Part shown: positions 1-8,927 of the stretch, piece after piece
Layout of the letters: every line of letters starts with the position of its first letter
How positions within the stretch are numbered: the first letter of the stretch is position 1
Source of the DNA: Pseudomonadota bacterium
GTDB lineage: Bacteria; Pseudomonadota; Gammaproteobacteria; JAKAQQ01
Direction of reading: 5' to 3'
Length of the DNA stretch: 64,000 nt
NCBI GenBank assembly: GCA_021798115.1
Contig: JAJZYM010000002.1
Coordinates: 14,872-78,871, forward strand
Program-made: the position numbers and the translations under genes
Notes under the pieces: model-generated
Told to the model about the DNA's origin: nothing
What the model saw: the letters and a program-made list of their open reading frames with translations, nothing else
Databases searched by the model: none

Positions 1-439
1 CCTTCTCGAGGAACACACCCGCGGACGCGAGGCCCTTCTGAGCCTTCTCGTCCTGGTCTGGGCGGCCGACACGGCGGCCTACCTCGTCGGCTCCCTCTGG
101 GGCCGCCACCCCTTGGCCCCCCGGGTGAGCCCGCGCAAAACCTGGGAAGGGGCGTTCGGAGGGCTGGGTGCGACCCTTCTTGCCGGGCTCATCCTTCGCC
201 TCGGGGGGGCGCTCGGCCACATCGGCCTTCTTTTCGCCCTCCTTGTGGCCGCCGCCGTCTGGGCCGCAGCGCTCCTCGGCGATCTCGCCGAGAGCCGCCT
301 CAAGCGCCACCGCGGTGTCAAGGATAGCGGGACCCTCATCCCGGGGCACGGGGGCCTCCTCGACCGTATCGACGGACTCATGCTTGCGGCCCCGGTGTTC
401 TACTGTTTCTGGTGCCTCAGGGGAGGCGGGGGATGGTAG
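1..439 (+). CDS. cdsA: phosphatidate cytidylyltransferase CdsA, 3' portion (5' end is outside the window)
   Basis: The frame-2 translation ends ...RKTWEGAFGG...GHGGLLDRIDGLM, which is the typical CdsA C-terminus. The gene sits immediately upstream of rseP, as in the conserved cdsA-rseP-bamA order. Confidence 0.75.
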   Translation, partial: LLEEHTRGREALLSLLVLVWAADTAAYLVGSLWGRHPLAPRVSPRKTWEGAFGGLGATLLAGLILRLGGALGHIGLLFALLVAAAVWAAALLGDLAESRLKRHRGVKDSGTLIPGHGGLLDRIDGLMLAAPVFYCFWCLRGGGGW

Positions 440-479
440 GCTCAACACGCGGCCGTCGCCTTCTTCGAGGATTGCGGGT

Positions 480-1841
480 GTGATCGTCCTTCTCTCCATT
501 CTGGGCTTCGCTTTGGCCGTGGGGATCATCGTGACCATCCACGAGTTCAGCCATTTCGCCGTCGCGCGTCTTCTCGGAATCAAGGTCGAGCGTTTCTCGA
601 TCGGGTTCGGTCGCCCGCTCTGGCGACGGCGGATGGGAGCGGACGGCTGGGAGCTGGTCGTCGCCGCTGTCCCCCTCGGAGGCTACGTCAAGATGCTCGA
701 CGGCCGTGAGGGCCCCATTCCGCCCGGGCTCGAGCACCGCGCCTTCGACCGCCAGAGCGTCGCCCGCCGCGCCGCGGTGGTGGCGGCGGGCCCGTTGTCC
801 AACTTTGCCCTGGCCGTCTTCCTCCTCTGGATTGTGTTCATGGCGGGGACGGTGGGACTCAAATCGTTCGTAGGCGCGGTGCGACCCGGGACCCCCGCCG
901 CGCGCGCCGGTCTCGTTCGCGGTGACCGCATCCTCGCTGTGGGTTCGACGTCGACGCCCACCTGGAGTCAGCTCAATCTTGCCCTTTTCAATGCCGTCCT
1001 CGTCCGCAAGACCATCCCGCTCAGGGTCCGCAACGGTCGCGGCACTGTCCGAACGCTCCGCCTGACGGTGACCGATCCGCGGGCGCTCACCGCTCCCCAC
1101 GCGCTTCTCGCCGGTCTTGGATTCGCGCCCGCGTACCCCCGTCTCCGCCCCGTGGTGGCTCGGGTCGAACCTGGCTCGCCCGCCGCGCGGGCGGGGCTCC
1201 GTCCCGGTGACCGCATTCTTTCCCTGGACGGGAAACCTGTGCATTCCTGGGCTGCCCTCGTCCGTTTCGTCTCGGCACGGCCGGGCGAGCCCGTCCGTCT
1301 CTCCTACACGACGCCTCGGGGGATCGAGCGCTCGGCGTCCGTCACGCTCGGACAAGCGCGCGTGGCCGGCCGTCCGGTGGGGAGGCTCGGGATTTACGTG
1401 CGCGTTCCCAAGGACTTTGGACGCTCTTTCTTCGAGCGGGTGCGGGCCGGTCCGCTTGCGGCGTTCGGGGGTGCACTTCGCGACACCTGGTCGATCACCA
1501 CCCTGACGTTGCGTGTCCTCGTCGGCATGATCGACGGAACCGCCTCGCTTCGCAACCTGAGCGGCCCGATCCGCATTGCGGACTACGCCGGTCGCTCGCT
1601 GCGCACGGGGATTTTCTCGTTCCTGTCCTTCATCGGTCTGATCAGCATCAGCATCGGCCTCCTCAACATTCTGCCGATTCCTCTTCTGGACGGGGGGCAC
1701 CTGTTGTATTATGCGCTGGAAAGCGTACGGGGGCGCCCGCTTCCCGAGCAAGTGCAAGCGATCGGTCAACGCGTGGGTCTCGCGCTTTTGACCGTGCTTG
1801 TGGGTCTTGCCCTGTACAACGATTTCGTCCATTTCTTCTGA
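480..1841 (+). CDS. rseP: RIP zinc metalloprotease RseP (sigma-E protease)
   Basis: An HEFSHF (HExxH) motif lies about 22 aa from the N-terminus, and there are PDZ-like segments and a C-terminal LDGG motif. A GTG start at 480 was chosen just after the cdsA stop, giving about 453 aa, which is the E. coli RseP size. The start is approximate. Confidence 0.8.
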   Translation: MIVLLSILGFALAVGIIVTIHEFSHFAVARLLGIKVERFSIGFGRPLWRRRMGADGWELVVAAVPLGGYVKMLDGREGPIPPGLEHRAFDRQSVARRAAVVAAGPLSNFALAVFLLWIVFMAGTVGLKSFVGAVRPGTPAARAGLVRGDRILAVGSTSTPTWSQLNLALFNAVLVRKTIPLRVRNGRGTVRTLRLTVTDPRALTAPHALLAGLGFAPAYPRLRPVVARVEPGSPAARAGLRPGDRILSLDGKPVHSWAALVRFVSARPGEPVRLSYTTPRGIERSASVTLGQARVAGRPVGRLGIYVRVPKDFGRSFFERVRAGPLAAFGGALRDTWSITTLTLRVLVGMIDGTASLRNLSGPIRIADYAGRSLRTGIFSFLSFIGLISISIGLLNILPIPLLDGGHLLYYALESVRGRPLPEQVQAIGQRVGLALLTVLVGLALYNDFVHFF

Positions 1842-1855
1842 GGAGATTCGAGCCC

Positions 1856-4318
1856 GTGCCATCGGACCCGAGCGGGAAGCGGAGAGGCTTGTCCAGACAA
1901 GGGGTGAGGACGACGTGCGCCGTCGTTCTCATCGTCCTCGGGGGCATGTCGGGCGTCGCGCGGGCCGCCCCGTCCCCGTCGGCAAGTCCCCCCCCGTCGG
2001 CAAGTTCCCCCCCGTCGCGGTTCGTCGTCCGTCACATCGTCATCCGCGGGCTTCAGAAAATTACGCGGGGGACGGTGCTCGACTATCTCCCGATCGAGGT
2101 CGGCTCGCGGGTCGACGCGGCGCGGATCCGTCAAGCCTTGCGCGCCCTTTACCGGACCGGGTTCTTCTCGGACGTGATCCTCCGGCGTGCGGGCCACACC
2201 CTGATCGTCGTGGTGCACGAGCGACCCTCGATCGCGCAGATCAAGTTCCGTGGCAATCACTCGGTCTCGAAGAAGACGCTCGAGCACGTCCTGCGCCGGG
2301 CCGGACTCGTCAAAGGACGCATCTTCAACCGCACGGTGCTCGCGGAGATCGACCACTCTCTCTACGACCAGTACTACAGCCACGGCAAGTACGGGGCGAT
2401 CATCCACCCCCACGTCAAGACGCTCCCCCGAAACCGCGTCGCCATCCTGGTCCGGATCCACGAGGGCAGTCCGGCGCGGGTGCGCACGATCAATTTCGTC
2501 GGCAACAAGCGCTTTCCGAGTTCGACGCTCCGCGGGATGTTCAAGATCTCGACCCCGGGACTCCTCACCTGGATCAACGGGCGCGACCGCTACGTGCGCA
2601 AAAAGCTGTCGACCTCGATCAAACGCGTCCGGGCGTTCTACATGGATCAGGGGTACGCGAACTTCCACTATCGATCCATTGTCGTCGCCCTCTCACCCAC
2701 GAAGCGGGGCGTTTACCTCACGATCAATCTCCACGAGGGGAGTGTCTACCGCGTCGGGCGTGTGTTTCTCAACGGACGTTTCGTCCTGCCGCGGGCCCGC
2801 CTCGAACGCGCCGTCCGCATCCGCCGGGGTCAGATCTACTCCCGGGCCCGCGCCAAAGGCACCGCCGCGCTCCTCAAGGCGATGCTCGAGGACCGCGGCT
2901 ACGCCTTCGCGCACGTCCAGATCATCCCGCAGCTCAACCGCAAATCGCACATCGTCTCGCTCGATTTTTTTCTCGATCCGGGCGAGCGCGTCTACGTCCG
3001 CCGCATCCTCTTCCACGGTATTCACGGGACGGATGAGGTCGTCTATCGACGCGCGATGTTGCAGCTCGAGGGCGCTTGGCTCTCCCCCGAGCTCGTCCGT
3101 CTTTCGAAGTTTCAGCTCAAGCGCATTTCCTTCGTCAAGGCCGTGCACATCCGCACCGTTCCGATTCCGGGCTCCCCGGATCGGGTCGATCTCGTCGTGC
3201 ACATCGTCCAGCGTCGTGAGGGTGACGCCAACGTCTCGCTTGGCTACGCCCAAGGCTACGGATTCATTGTCGGGGGACAGATCGGCATCGGCAACTTCCG
3301 CGACCAGGGTGATCTTCTCTCCCTCAACGCCCAGCGTTCGGTCTACCAGACGAGCTATTCCCTCAACTACACCAACCCGTACTACACGCTCAACGGGGTG
3401 AGCGAGAATCTCTCGTTCTTCTACACCCGAAGCACGAGCTTCGTGAGCTACACGCAAGCCTTCAACACCCGCACGTACGGGCTCACGCTCAACTACGGGT
3501 TCCCCCTCTCGACGTATGCGAACTACACCCTCGGCGCCACCCTGAGCCACACCAACTTTCTCACGAACTGCAGCAGTCCGCCGATTTATTTTGCCTTCGC
3601 CTTGAACCCCAACAACGGATCGACCTACACGGAAGAGGCGCAGTGCTCGAGCCCCGACGGGACGAGCATCAACGTCGCACTCCCGGGGATCACCTACAAC
3701 GATCTCGCGCTCAATCTTGGCTTCAGCTACGACACCCGTAACCGCGTCATCCTGGCCAGCCGGGGAGGGCTCCAGGCTTTCAACGCGAGCGTGGGCGTTC
3801 CGCCGGGGGCCCAGGATTACTACACGCTCACCTACACGTCGACCGACTATCTTCCGCTTTGGGCCGGTTTCACCTACGAGTTCAACGGTGAGGTGGGCGT
3901 GGGCAACGGCTACGGGAAGACCAACGGACTTCCTCCGCTCCTCGACTTCTTTGCCGGCGGACCGTATTCCGTTCGTGGTTACCAGACCGATTCCCTCGGG
4001 CCGAAAACAGTGAACGGCATCCCGGTGGGCGGCGCCATGCTTTTCTACGGGCAGGACGCGATTCTTCTCCCGCAGCTTTTCGGACACAAGTACCCCGGTG
4101 AAGCCCCCGATTATCGGGTCTCGCTCTTCGTCGACGCGGGCAACGTCTTCGCCGAGCCGGGGGATTTCCGGATCAACGATCTGCGCTATTCGGCCGGTAT
4201 CGGTGTCACGTGGCTCACCCCCCTCGGGGCGATTCGCCTGAGTTGGGCGAAGCCGCTCAACCCCAAGCCGCAGGATATACTCAGCTACTTCCAGTTCACA
4301 CTGGCCTCTTATTATTGA
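1856..4318 (+). CDS. bamA: outer membrane protein assembly factor BamA (Omp85)
   Basis: 820 aa. It has a signal-like N-terminus, POTRA-type repeats (VVRHIVIRGLQKITRGTVLDYLP...) and a C-terminal aromatic-rich beta-barrel. The GTG start at 1856 has a GAGGAG Shine-Dalgarno 9 nt upstream. Confidence 0.9.
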   Translation: MPSDPSGKRRGLSRQGVRTTCAVVLIVLGGMSGVARAAPSPSASPPPSASSPPSRFVVRHIVIRGLQKITRGTVLDYLPIEVGSRVDAARIRQALRALYRTGFFSDVILRRAGHTLIVVVHERPSIAQIKFRGNHSVSKKTLEHVLRRAGLVKGRIFNRTVLAEIDHSLYDQYYSHGKYGAIIHPHVKTLPRNRVAILVRIHEGSPARVRTINFVGNKRFPSSTLRGMFKISTPGLLTWINGRDRYVRKKLSTSIKRVRAFYMDQGYANFHYRSIVVALSPTKRGVYLTINLHEGSVYRVGRVFLNGRFVLPRARLERAVRIRRGQIYSRARAKGTAALLKAMLEDRGYAFAHVQIIPQLNRKSHIVSLDFFLDPGERVYVRRILFHGIHGTDEVVYRRAMLQLEGAWLSPELVRLSKFQLKRISFVKAVHIRTVPIPGSPDRVDLVVHIVQRREGDANVSLGYAQGYGFIVGGQIGIGNFRDQGDLLSLNAQRSVYQTSYSLNYTNPYYTLNGVSENLSFFYTRSTSFVSYTQAFNTRTYGLTLNYGFPLSTYANYTLGATLSHTNFLTNCSSPPIYFAFALNPNNGSTYTEEAQCSSPDGTSINVALPGITYNDLALNLGFSYDTRNRVILASRGGLQAFNASVGVPPGAQDYYTLTYTSTDYLPLWAGFTYEFNGEVGVGNGYGKTNGLPPLLDFFAGGPYSVRGYQTDSLGPKTVNGIPVGGAMLFYGQDAILLPQLFGHKYPGEAPDYRVSLFVDAGNVFAEPGDFRINDLRYSAGIGVTWLTPLGAIRLSWAKPLNPKPQDILSYFQFTLASYY

Positions 4319-4329
4319 GACCCCGCCCC

Positions 4330-4902
4330 ATGTTCCGCCTTCCCCCTGCACCCCGTGTCCTTCCTCTCCCGTTTCGGCGCGTCCTCCCGGCCGCCGCGAT
4401 GGCGGCTCTCGCGGGTCTCGCGGTAGGGGTGCCGACGGCGCAGGCCGCTCCTCTCCGAGTGGGCTATGTCAACAGTCTCGTGCTCCTGAAGAAGATGCCG
4501 CAGTCGCTCGCAGCCCGAAAGAGCCTCGAAGACGAGTTCGGCCCGCAGATCGCCCGCATCCACAAAGAGCAAGTGCGTCTCGCGTCGGCCGAAAAAGCTT
4601 ACAAAGCCGAGCGGGCTTCGCTCACGCTTCTCAAGCAGACCGAGGAACGTCAGAAACTCGCTTCTCTCGTCCGCCGCCTCCGGCGTCACCAGCGCGCGTA
4701 CTTTGAGGACCTCGAACTCGCCCGCGATCAGGTTCTCGCGAATCTGCAGCATCTCATGATCCACGCCATCCACGAGTACGCGCGTCTGCACCACTACGAT
4801 CTCGTCGTGGGGCAGGGCGTTTTCTACGCCGGGTCCCGCGTCGACATCACCCGCAAGGTTCTGGCTTACCTGACATCCCTCGATCACAAACCTTCGGGTT
4901 GA
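4330..4902 (+). CDS. skp: periplasmic chaperone Skp (OmpH)
   Basis: The coiled-coil-rich sequence is Skp/OmpH-like and sits between bamA and lpxD. Start is ATG 4330. An alternative ATG at 4399 gives the signal peptide MAALAGLAVGVPTAQA and the usual Skp length of 167 aa. Confidence 0.75.
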   Translation: MFRLPPAPRVLPLPFRRVLPAAAMAALAGLAVGVPTAQAAPLRVGYVNSLVLLKKMPQSLAARKSLEDEFGPQIARIHKEQVRLASAEKAYKAERASLTLLKQTEERQKLASLVRRLRRHQRAYFEDLELARDQVLANLQHLMIHAIHEYARLHHYDLVVGQGVFYAGSRVDITRKVLAYLTSLDHKPSG

Positions 4903-4906
4903 GGAC

Positions 4907-5956
4907 GTGGCCGCGCAACGGTTCTCTGTGACCGCCGGGGAGCTGGCGCGCTTCCTCGGGGCCGAACTCCGGGGCGACGCCGAGGAAACCGTCACGCATG
5001 TCGCCCCGCTCGAGCGGGCGGAGAAGGGCGCGCTCACCTTTGCAGATGCGGCCCACGCCCGCCATCTCCCGTCCACGCGGGCCTCGGTCGTCATTCTCAC
5101 AGAAGCCGACACTGCCCGCTGCGCGTGCACGATGCTCGTCACCGACCGTCCGCTCCTCGCTTACGCCCGCGCGACCGCCCGCCTCCGTCCCGACCCGCCG
5201 GCCGTCCCTGGGGTGCACCCGACGGCGATCGTGCACCCGACGGCCCACCTTGCACCCGACGCCGCCGTCGGCCCGTACTGCATTCTGGAAGAGGGCTGCC
5301 TCGTCGAGGCCGGAGCGGTGCTCGGCCCCCACTGCCGCCTCGGGGCGAGGAGTCGCCTCGGGGCGGGCAGTCGGCTCATCGCCTCGGTCGACGTCGGCGC
5401 GGACGTGACGATCGGCCGGCGGGTCGTGGTTCACCCGGGCGCCGTCCTCGGGGCCGAGGGGTTCGGCTACGCCCACGACGGAACGCGCTGGCACCACATC
5501 GCCCAACTCGGCGGCGTGCGTATCGGCGACGACGTCGAGATCGGGGCCAATACCTGCATCGACCGCGGCGCGATGGAGGACACGGTCGTCGAGGACGGGG
5601 TGAAACTCGACAACCTCATCCAGATCGGGCACAACGTCCGCATCGGCGCCCACACGATCGTGGCGGCTCTCACCGGTGTCGCCGGGAGCACCACAGTCGG
5701 GGGTCACTGCCAGATCGGCGGGATGGTGGGCATCGCCGGCCACGTGCGCGTGGCGGACGGCACGATCCTCGCCGCCCGCAGTTCGGTCACCGGCACGATC
5801 GCCCGCCCCGGCGTCTACTCTTCCGTCCTGCCCGTCGTCGAGGTCCGCCGCTGGCGGCGCCTCGTCGCCCTCATCCACCGCCTCGACCGCCGCCGTGCGG
5901 GCGAGGGATCCGACGATTCCGTTCCCGGAGAACCGCATGACCGCCCCGCCCCCTGA
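4907..5956 (+). CDS. lpxD: UDP-3-O-(3-hydroxyacyl)glucosamine N-acyltransferase LpxD
   Basis: Hexapeptide-repeat left-handed beta-helix. It has a GTG start and sits in the conserved position between skp and fabZ. Confidence 0.85.
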   Translation: MAAQRFSVTAGELARFLGAELRGDAEETVTHVAPLERAEKGALTFADAAHARHLPSTRASVVILTEADTARCACTMLVTDRPLLAYARATARLRPDPPAVPGVHPTAIVHPTAHLAPDAAVGPYCILEEGCLVEAGAVLGPHCRLGARSRLGAGSRLIASVDVGADVTIGRRVVVHPGAVLGAEGFGYAHDGTRWHHIAQLGGVRIGDDVEIGANTCIDRGAMEDTVVEDGVKLDNLIQIGHNVRIGAHTIVAALTGVAGSTTVGGHCQIGGMVGIAGHVRVADGTILAARSSVTGTIARPGVYSSVLPVVEVRRWRRLVALIHRLDRRRAGEGSDDSVPGEPHDRPAP

Positions 5957-6404
5957 CGGGTCTCACGACATCCGAGCCCTCATGGGCTATCTTCCCCACC
6001 GTTACCCGTTCCTCCTCGTCGACCGCATCCTCGAATGTCGCGAACAAAAAACGGTGGTGGCTCTCAAAAACGTCACCTACAACGAGTGGTTCTTCCCGGG
6101 GCATTTCCCGGACGATCCCGTCATGCCCGGCGTCCTGATCCTCGAGGCCATGGCTCAGGCGTCCTCGGTCGTGGTCAACGCCATTCTTGGAGGACGAGGC
6201 GAGGAGATCTCCTACTATCTGGCCGGTATCGAGAAAGCCCGCTTTCGCGGGATCGTCCGGCCGGGCGACTCTCTTCGCCTCACCTCGAACCTGATCCGCC
6301 GGGTGCACGACATCTGGAAGTTCGAGGCGACCGCCCACGTCGCCGACGAGCTCGTCGTGGAGGCTGTATTTCTATGCGCGACGAAGACCCCGCTTCCCCG
6401 CTGA
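5937..6404 (+). CDS. fabZ: 3-hydroxyacyl-ACP dehydratase FabZ
   Basis: The sequence contains ...RYPFLLVDRILE...FFPGHFPDDPVMPGVLILEAMAQ..., the FabZ hot-dog motif. It overlaps the lpxD end by 20 nt. Confidence 0.9.
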   Translation: MTAPPPDGSHDIRALMGYLPHRYPFLLVDRILECREQKTVVALKNVTYNEWFFPGHFPDDPVMPGVLILEAMAQASSVVVNAILGGRGEEISYYLAGIEKARFRGIVRPGDSLRLTSNLIRRVHDIWKFEATAHVADELVVEAVFLCATKTPLPR

Positions 6405-7189
6405 TCGACCCACGGGCGGTCGTGAGCCCCGAGGCCGATCTCGCCGCGGACGTGCGCGTCGGCCCCTTCGCGGTCATCGGCCCGCACGTGCGGATCGGAC
6501 CCGGGAGCGTGATCGGTCCGCACACGGTCGTGTACGGGCCGACCCGGATCGCCGCCCACAACCGCATCTTCCCGTTCTGCTCGATCGGCGACGAGCCCCA
6601 GGACAAGAAGTACCACGGGGAGGAGACCGTCCTCGAAATCGGCGAGCGCAACACGATTCGCGAATACACGACCATCAATCGGGGAACGGTTCAGGGCGGA
6701 GGGGTGACGCGCCTCGGCCACGACAACTGGATCATGGCCTACGTCCACATCGCCCACGACTGCATCCTGGGGGATCACACCATCCTCGCCAACGGCGTTG
6801 CGCTCGCCGGTCACGTCACCGTCGGCGATTGGGTCATCCTGAGCGCCTCGGCCAAGGTCCACCAGTTCTGCCGGCTGGGGAACCACGCCTTCATCGGGCA
6901 CGACTGCGGCCTCGTCCAGGACGTTCCTCCGTACGTCCTGGTCGCCGTGCGCGGGGCGGGCGAAGCGCCGCGCCCCTACGGGATCAACAGCGAAGGTCTC
7001 GAGCGGCGTGGGTTCAGTCCCGCGACGATCGCCCGCCTCAAGGAGGCGTACCGCATCCTCTACCGCAAAAATCTCAGGCTCGAGGAGGCAATTGCGGTCC
7101 TCGAGGAGCAGCGCGCCGACACGCCCGAGATCGGTTGCCTCGTCGAGTTCCTCCGGGGGACCGGCCGGGGTATCGTCCGCGGTCCATGA
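6374..7189 (+). CDS. lpxA: acyl-ACP--UDP-GlcNAc O-acyltransferase LpxA
   Basis: Hexapeptide repeats and the C-terminal ...YRILYRKNLRLEEA... are as in LpxA. ATG at 6374 overlaps the fabZ end. Confidence 0.85.
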   Translation: MRDEDPASPLIDPRAVVSPEADLAADVRVGPFAVIGPHVRIGPGSVIGPHTVVYGPTRIAAHNRIFPFCSIGDEPQDKKYHGEETVLEIGERNTIREYTTINRGTVQGGGVTRLGHDNWIMAYVHIAHDCILGDHTILANGVALAGHVTVGDWVILSASAKVHQFCRLGNHAFIGHDCGLVQDVPPYVLVAVRGAGEAPRPYGINSEGLERRGFSPATIARLKEAYRILYRKNLRLEEAIAVLEEQRADTPEIGCLVEFLRGTGRGIVRGP

Positions 7190-8334
7190 CGCGTGCGATC
7201 CTCTCCGCCCTCGAGCCCTCGGCCGATGCTCTCGCGGCCGGTCTTCTGAGCGAGGCGGCGCGGCGGGGCGCGCCCTGGGAGAGCGACGGCGTGGCGGGTC
7301 TTCGTGCCCGCGAGGCTGGATTTTCCGGCGCCTGCGAACCCGAGCGCTACGCGGTGATGGGCCTCACGCAATCGCTGCGGGCGCTTCCGGCCTTCCTCGC
7401 GCTGCGCCGCCGGCTCCTCGCTCTCGCCGAAGAACGCCGGCCCGACGTCTTCGTCGGTATCGACGCCCCCGATTTCCATCTTCCGCTCTCGCGTCGCCTG
7501 CGCGCCCGCAGCATCGCCTGCGTCCAATACGTGAGCCCCACCGTTTGGGCGTGGCGCGAGGGGCGGGTCGCCGACGTCGTGGCGGGCGTCGATCTTGTGC
7601 TCTGTCTTTTCCCCTTTGAACCCGCGTATTACGAAAACCGCGGGGTCACGAGCGTCTTCGTCGGTCACCCGCTCGCCGACCGGCTCGAGGCGGCGGAGGA
7701 CCGCACGCCGCTCCGCGCCGCCCTCGGTTGGCCCGTTGGCATCCCGTACGTCGTCCTCGCCCCCGGGAGCCGCCCGCAGGAGATCCGCCGTCATGCGCCG
7801 CTCTTTCTTGCCGCGGCCGCCGAGGTTCACCGACGCAGCGGCGCGCGTTTCGTGCTCGCCGCGCCTCCGGGCCGCAACACGGACGGGTGGCGCGACGAGG
7901 CCCGGCGCTCGGGTCTTCCGCCCGAGGCCTTCGAGGTGCGCACGGGGACCGCACAGCTCCTCGCCGCCGCGGACGCAGCGCTTCTCAAGTCGGGGACGGT
8001 CACCCTCGAGGCGACGCTCGTCGGTTGTCCCTCCGTCGTCGCCTACCGGACGGGCGGGCTCAACGCCTCCTTCGTTCTCGCGCGGGGCTTCCGCACGCCC
8101 TACATCGCACTCCCGAACATCCTCGCGGGCCGCCCGATCGTGCCCGAGTTTCTCCAAAGCCTCGTCCGGCCCGGGATCCTCGCGGGCGCCTTACTCCCAC
8201 TCCTCCGTCCGGACGTGAACGGGGCTGTCCGCCGCGCACTTCTCGAGGCCGCAAAACCCCTCCGCCGCGACGCCGACGCCCGGGCCTGGGAGGCCATCGA
8301 CGCCCACCTCACCGCCAGGGGCGGGACGCGATGA
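7186..8334 (+). CDS. lpxB: lipid-A-disaccharide synthase LpxB
   Basis: GT19 family with ...VGIDAPDFHL... and ...LLKSGTVTLE... motifs. The start ATGA overlaps the lpxA stop. Confidence 0.85.
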   Translation: MTRAILSALEPSADALAAGLLSEAARRGAPWESDGVAGLRAREAGFSGACEPERYAVMGLTQSLRALPAFLALRRRLLALAEERRPDVFVGIDAPDFHLPLSRRLRARSIACVQYVSPTVWAWREGRVADVVAGVDLVLCLFPFEPAYYENRGVTSVFVGHPLADRLEAAEDRTPLRAALGWPVGIPYVVLAPGSRPQEIRRHAPLFLAAAAEVHRRSGARFVLAAPPGRNTDGWRDEARRSGLPPEAFEVRTGTAQLLAAADAALLKSGTVTLEATLVGCPSVVAYRTGGLNASFVLARGFRTPYIALPNILAGRPIVPEFLQSLVRPGILAGALLPLLRPDVNGAVRRALLEAAKPLRRDADARAWEAIDAHLTARGGTR

Positions 8335-8927
8335 GCGGAGGGACTCCCCTGGCTCGGGAGGGCGAGGCCGGTGTCGATGAGGTGGGCCGAGGGGCTCTTG
8401 CCGGACCGGTGGTCGTGGCCGCCGTCGTCCTCGATCCCGACAATGTTCCCGAGGGGCTCAGGGACTCGAAACTCTTGGCCCCCAAACGCCGGGAAGCGCT
8501 CGCGCGCGAGATCCGCCGCCGCGCGCGCGCGTTCGCCGTCGTTGAACTTCCGGCCGCTTTGGTCGATCTCTGGGACATCCGGCGGGCGACGCTCCTCGCC
8601 ATGAGCTGGGTCATCGCCCGCCTCGATCCCCCGCCCACCCGGGTGATCGTCGACGGCCGGGATCGCCCCTACGCACGCCTTCCGCTCGAGGCCCGTGTGG
8701 GGGCCGACCGCACGGTGCCCGCGGTGAGCGCGGCCTCGATCGTGGCGAAAGTGCACCGCGACACCCGCATGGGCGAATACGCACGCCTCTACCCGGGCTA
8801 CGGCTTCGAGCGGCACAAGGGGTACCCGACGGCCGATCACCGGGGGTGTCTCGTCCGCCGCGGTCCGTGCCCGATCCACCGGAGGAGCTACGCGCCCGTC
8901 GTGCGCGCGGGGGAGGGCACCCGGTGA
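8331..8927 (+). CDS. rnhB: ribonuclease HII
   Basis: VDEVGRGALAGPVV (the DEVGRG catalytic motif) and DSK...SIVAK motifs. ATG at 8331 overlaps the lpxB stop. Confidence 0.85.
   Translation: MSGGTPLAREGEAGVDEVGRGALAGPVVVAAVVLDPDNVPEGLRDSKLLAPKRREALAREIRRRARAFAVVELPAALVDLWDIRRATLLAMSWVIARLDPPPTRVIVDGRDRPYARLPLEARVGADRTVPAVSAASIVAKVHRDTRMGEYARLYPGYGFERHKGYPTADHRGCLVRRGPCPIHRRSYAPVVRAGEGTR

Noticed and set aside
417-1862. 481-aa minus-strand ORF antisense to rseP, and similar long antisense or alternative-frame ORFs (2693..4351-, 9956..12610-, 18055..19569+, 19699..21093+, 16200..17699+, 1798..3036+, 2250..3401+)
   Set aside because: These are typical high-GC shadow ORFs. The translations are Arg/Pro/Gly-rich low-complexity sequence with no motifs, and they overlap strongly supported genes on the other strand or frame.
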